A stretch of 32,000 nucleotides of DNA, from positions 1-32,000 of the forward strand of contig JBAZYK010000001.1 of assembly GCA_041659405.1 (NCBI GenBank), read 5' to 3'. Origin of the DNA: Candidatus Altimarinota bacterium. GTDB taxonomy: Bacteria > Patescibacteriota > Gracilibacteria > UBA1369. Shown here one piece after another: positions 30,330-32,000 of the stretch; position 1 is the first letter of the stretch, and each line of letters starts with the position of its first letter. The position numbers and the translations under genes were made by a program. The notes under the pieces were generated by a model. The model worked only from the letters and a program-made list of their open reading frames with translations, searched no databases and had not been told where the DNA came from.

Positions 30330-30827
30330 ATGAGTAATTGTTTGATTAAACAAATAGCGAAAAAGAAAAAACGAAGCGGGTTTACGTTGTTTGAACTCAT
30401 CATTGTAATTGTTATTATTGTGATTATTGCGACAACCGGTTTTACGGTTAGTGCAGGCAGAATAATCAGCAATGATCTGACCACAAAAGTGCATGAAATC
30501 ACTTATAATTTGAAGCTGGCCCAAATGCGTTCAATAACCAGATATAAAGATGATACCTGGGGTTTGTATTTTAATGCGGCGGGTCGCACTTTTACCATTT
30601 ATAAAGGCGCAAGTTATGCCACCAGAACAACCGCCCATGATCTTGTGCTGAGCATCCCTACCGATTTATCGTTTGGCGCAATAACCTTAAATGGCGGCGG
30701 ATCGGAAATTGTTTTTGATAAATTGACCGGAAAAACCACAAAATATGGCACAATTGTGATCACGCCCAGCCAAGGCACGGCTTTAACAATTTCGGTAAAT
30801 GCGTTGGGGGTTGTAGATATTAATTAG
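30330..30827 (+). CDS. GspH/FimT-like minor pilin
   Basis: RSG|FTLFELIIVIVIIVIIATTGF prepilin motif and a GspH-like body of about 120 aa. Confidence 0.7.
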   Translation: MSNCLIKQIAKKKKRSGFTLFELIIVIVIIVIIATTGFTVSAGRIISNDLTTKVHEITYNLKLAQMRSITRYKDDTWGLYFNAAGRTFTIYKGASYATRTTAHDLVLSIPTDLSFGAITLNGGGSEIVFDKLTGKTTKYGTIVITPSQGTALTISVNALGVVDIN

Positions 30828-30842
30828 ATTTTTAAAGGGATC

Positions 30843-30864
30843 AAGCTTTAAATTAGGCTTTTTT
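30843..30864 (+). terminator. rho-independent terminator after the pilB-pilC-pilin operon
   Basis: An AAGCTT/AGGCTT stem (one G-U pair) with a 6-nt loop, followed by TTTTTT. Confidence 0.45.
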
Positions 30865-30908
30865 GACGAATTTATTTATGCTAAAGTCTGGCAGCATAAA
30901 GCTTTTTT

Positions 30909-31967
30909 ATGACTATTGTGGCTGAAAAATCAGGTAAGGAACCCGCTCCGCTTGCGGTACAAATGGGCACTTCCGTGGAAGCAGACTTGTTAAAAGAAAC
31001 CGACCGTCTTTTCCGGAAGCTGCAGCATGCCCATTTTACGCGTGAACAGTGTGCCCGCGTGGCTTTGCTCACTTTAGAGATTAACGCCCTCAAAAAGGCC
31101 AGAAACGCGGTAATTTTGGCTCATTCTTATCAGACTCCGGATATTCTTTTTGGAATCGCGGATTTCCAGGGGGATTCTTATCAACTCAGCAAAAAAGCGG
31201 CGGAAACTACAGCAGAGATGATTATTTTTTGTGGAGTGCGATTTATGGCAGAGACTGCCAAAATTTTAAATCCAAGTAAAACTGTTATTTTGCCTGCGGT
31301 AAAGGCCGGTTGTTCATTGGCCGATTCCATTACCGCGGATGATGTAAGGACTTTAAAAGCGCAGCACCCGGGCGTGCCGGTTGTTTGTTATGTAAATACA
31401 TCGGCGGAAGTTAAGGCTGAATCCGATGCCTGTTGCACTTCTGCCAATGCTTTAAAGATTGTTGAAGCTTTACCGGGTGATGAAGTTATTTTTATTCCCG
31501 ATGAATTCATGGCCAAAAATCTTCAGGCAAAAACCGGGAAAAAAATTATTTCCTGGAATGGAAAATGTATTGTGCACAAAGATTTTAAAGCTGCCAAAAT
31601 CGAGCAATTCCGTAAACTTTATCCCGGATTAAAAGTTTTTGCGCATACCGAATGTGCGCCTGAGGTAGCGTTATCTGCCGATTTGGCCTGTGGAACCGGC
31701 GACATGATTCGTGAAGTGACAAAAACCGATGCTCCCGCCTATATGCTGATAACCGAGTGCAGTTTTTCGGATCGCTTGCGGGTGGATTTTCCGGAGAAAA
31801 AATTTCTTGGTATGTGCGCACTTTGCCCTTACATGAAAATGAATACTTTGCCGGTAATTTTACAAACATTGCGTGATCCTAAGCCTGAACAGTTTATTGA
31901 AATTCCAGAAAATATACGTGTTGGCGCGGAAAAATCATTAAAAAAAATGTTCGAGATTGGTGCTTAA
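30909..31967 (+). CDS. nadA: quinolinate synthase
   Basis: ILAHSYQ, GDSYQLS, FCGVRFMAETAKILNP, CYVNTSAEVKA and the Cys ligand pattern of NadA. The true start may be the ATG at 30963. Confidence 0.85.
   Translation: MTIVAEKSGKEPAPLAVQMGTSVEADLLKETDRLFRKLQHAHFTREQCARVALLTLEINALKKARNAVILAHSYQTPDILFGIADFQGDSYQLSKKAAETTAEMIIFCGVRFMAETAKILNPSKTVILPAVKAGCSLADSITADDVRTLKAQHPGVPVVCYVNTSAEVKAESDACCTSANALKIVEALPGDEVIFIPDEFMAKNLQAKTGKKIISWNGKCIVHKDFKAAKIEQFRKLYPGLKVFAHTECAPEVALSADLACGTGDMIREVTKTDAPAYMLITECSFSDRLRVDFPEKKFLGMCALCPYMKMNTLPVILQTLRDPKPEQFIEIPENIRVGAEKSLKKMFEIGA
30939..30978 (+). repeat. GC-rich dispersed element (copy E)
   Basis: GAACCCGCTCCGCTTGCGGTACAAATGGGCACTTCCGTGG aligns with copies B and C along its whole length. 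Confidence 0.65.
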
Positions 31968-32000
31968 TTTAATAGACAAAAATAACTTTAATTCTTCATG

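Noticed and set aside
30828-30908. NAD+ (nadA-motif) riboswitch upstream of nadA
   Set aside because: The spacer is only about 80 nt and holds a terminator plus a TATGCT/AGCATA hairpin. I could not see the conserved tandem-domain bulge sequences recalled for that motif.
1-32000. Alternative genetic code (UGA recoded), as in some CPR lineages
   Set aside because: Long ORFs are intact under the standard code, and TGA terminates well-defined genes (HNH, abiEii, the kinase). There is no sign of recoding.

Overview
This is an AT-rich, gene-dense bacterial chromosomal window read with the standard genetic code: long ORFs are intact, and TGA, TAA and TAG all act as stops. All family calls come from motif recognition by eye. 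No database search was run.

Gene content, in order:
- 0.3-4.4 kb: an islet of small accessory enzymes (nitroreductase, C_GCAxxG_C_C protein, S51 peptidase-E-like, GNAT, SAM methyltransferase, tandem 4-OT tautomerase). It contains a 951-bp-period duplication.
- 4.4-6.9 kb: a first operon of three pilin-like genes.
- 7.0-8.3 kb: a stand-alone HNH nuclease gene followed by ghost copies of its own 3' end.
- 8.4-9.8 kb: rsmI and tsaB.
- 10.3-13.6 kb: a 1117-aa secreted protein fusing an amidase_2 domain to a SpoIID domain.
- 13.9-18.9 kb: a 434-aa unknown protein, trxA, rnhA, a 37-aa Lys/Ala-rich H1-like peptide and a class A PBP.
- 18.9-20.7 kb: an AbiEii/AbiEi pair in reversed order next to tRNA-Gly(CCC).
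- 20.8-21.7 kb: an RlmK/RlmI-like methyltransferase.
- 21.7-30.8 kb: the main type IV pilus locus (three or four minor pilins, a PilM-like protein, the major pilin, an embedded histidine kinase plus stand-alone receiver, pilB, pilC, and a GspH/FimT-like pilin).
- 30.9 kb to the end: nadA.

The gene set and style resemble a small-genome, CPR/Patescibacteria-like organism. This is inference only.

Most notable unexplained signals:
1. A GC-rich element of about 42 nt occurs at least four times (9847, 13749, 16554, 30939). It always sits at or just upstream of gene 5' ends, and its substitution pattern looks codon-like.
2. Three nested copies of the HNH gene's C-terminal codons differ only synonymously in their conserved core.
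3. The amidase and SpoIID domains are fused in one polypeptide.
4. The AbiE module has toxin-first order and a perfect 9-4-9 palindrome in its promoter.
5. Eight pilin-like genes are present, with a two-component system inserted between pilA and pilB.
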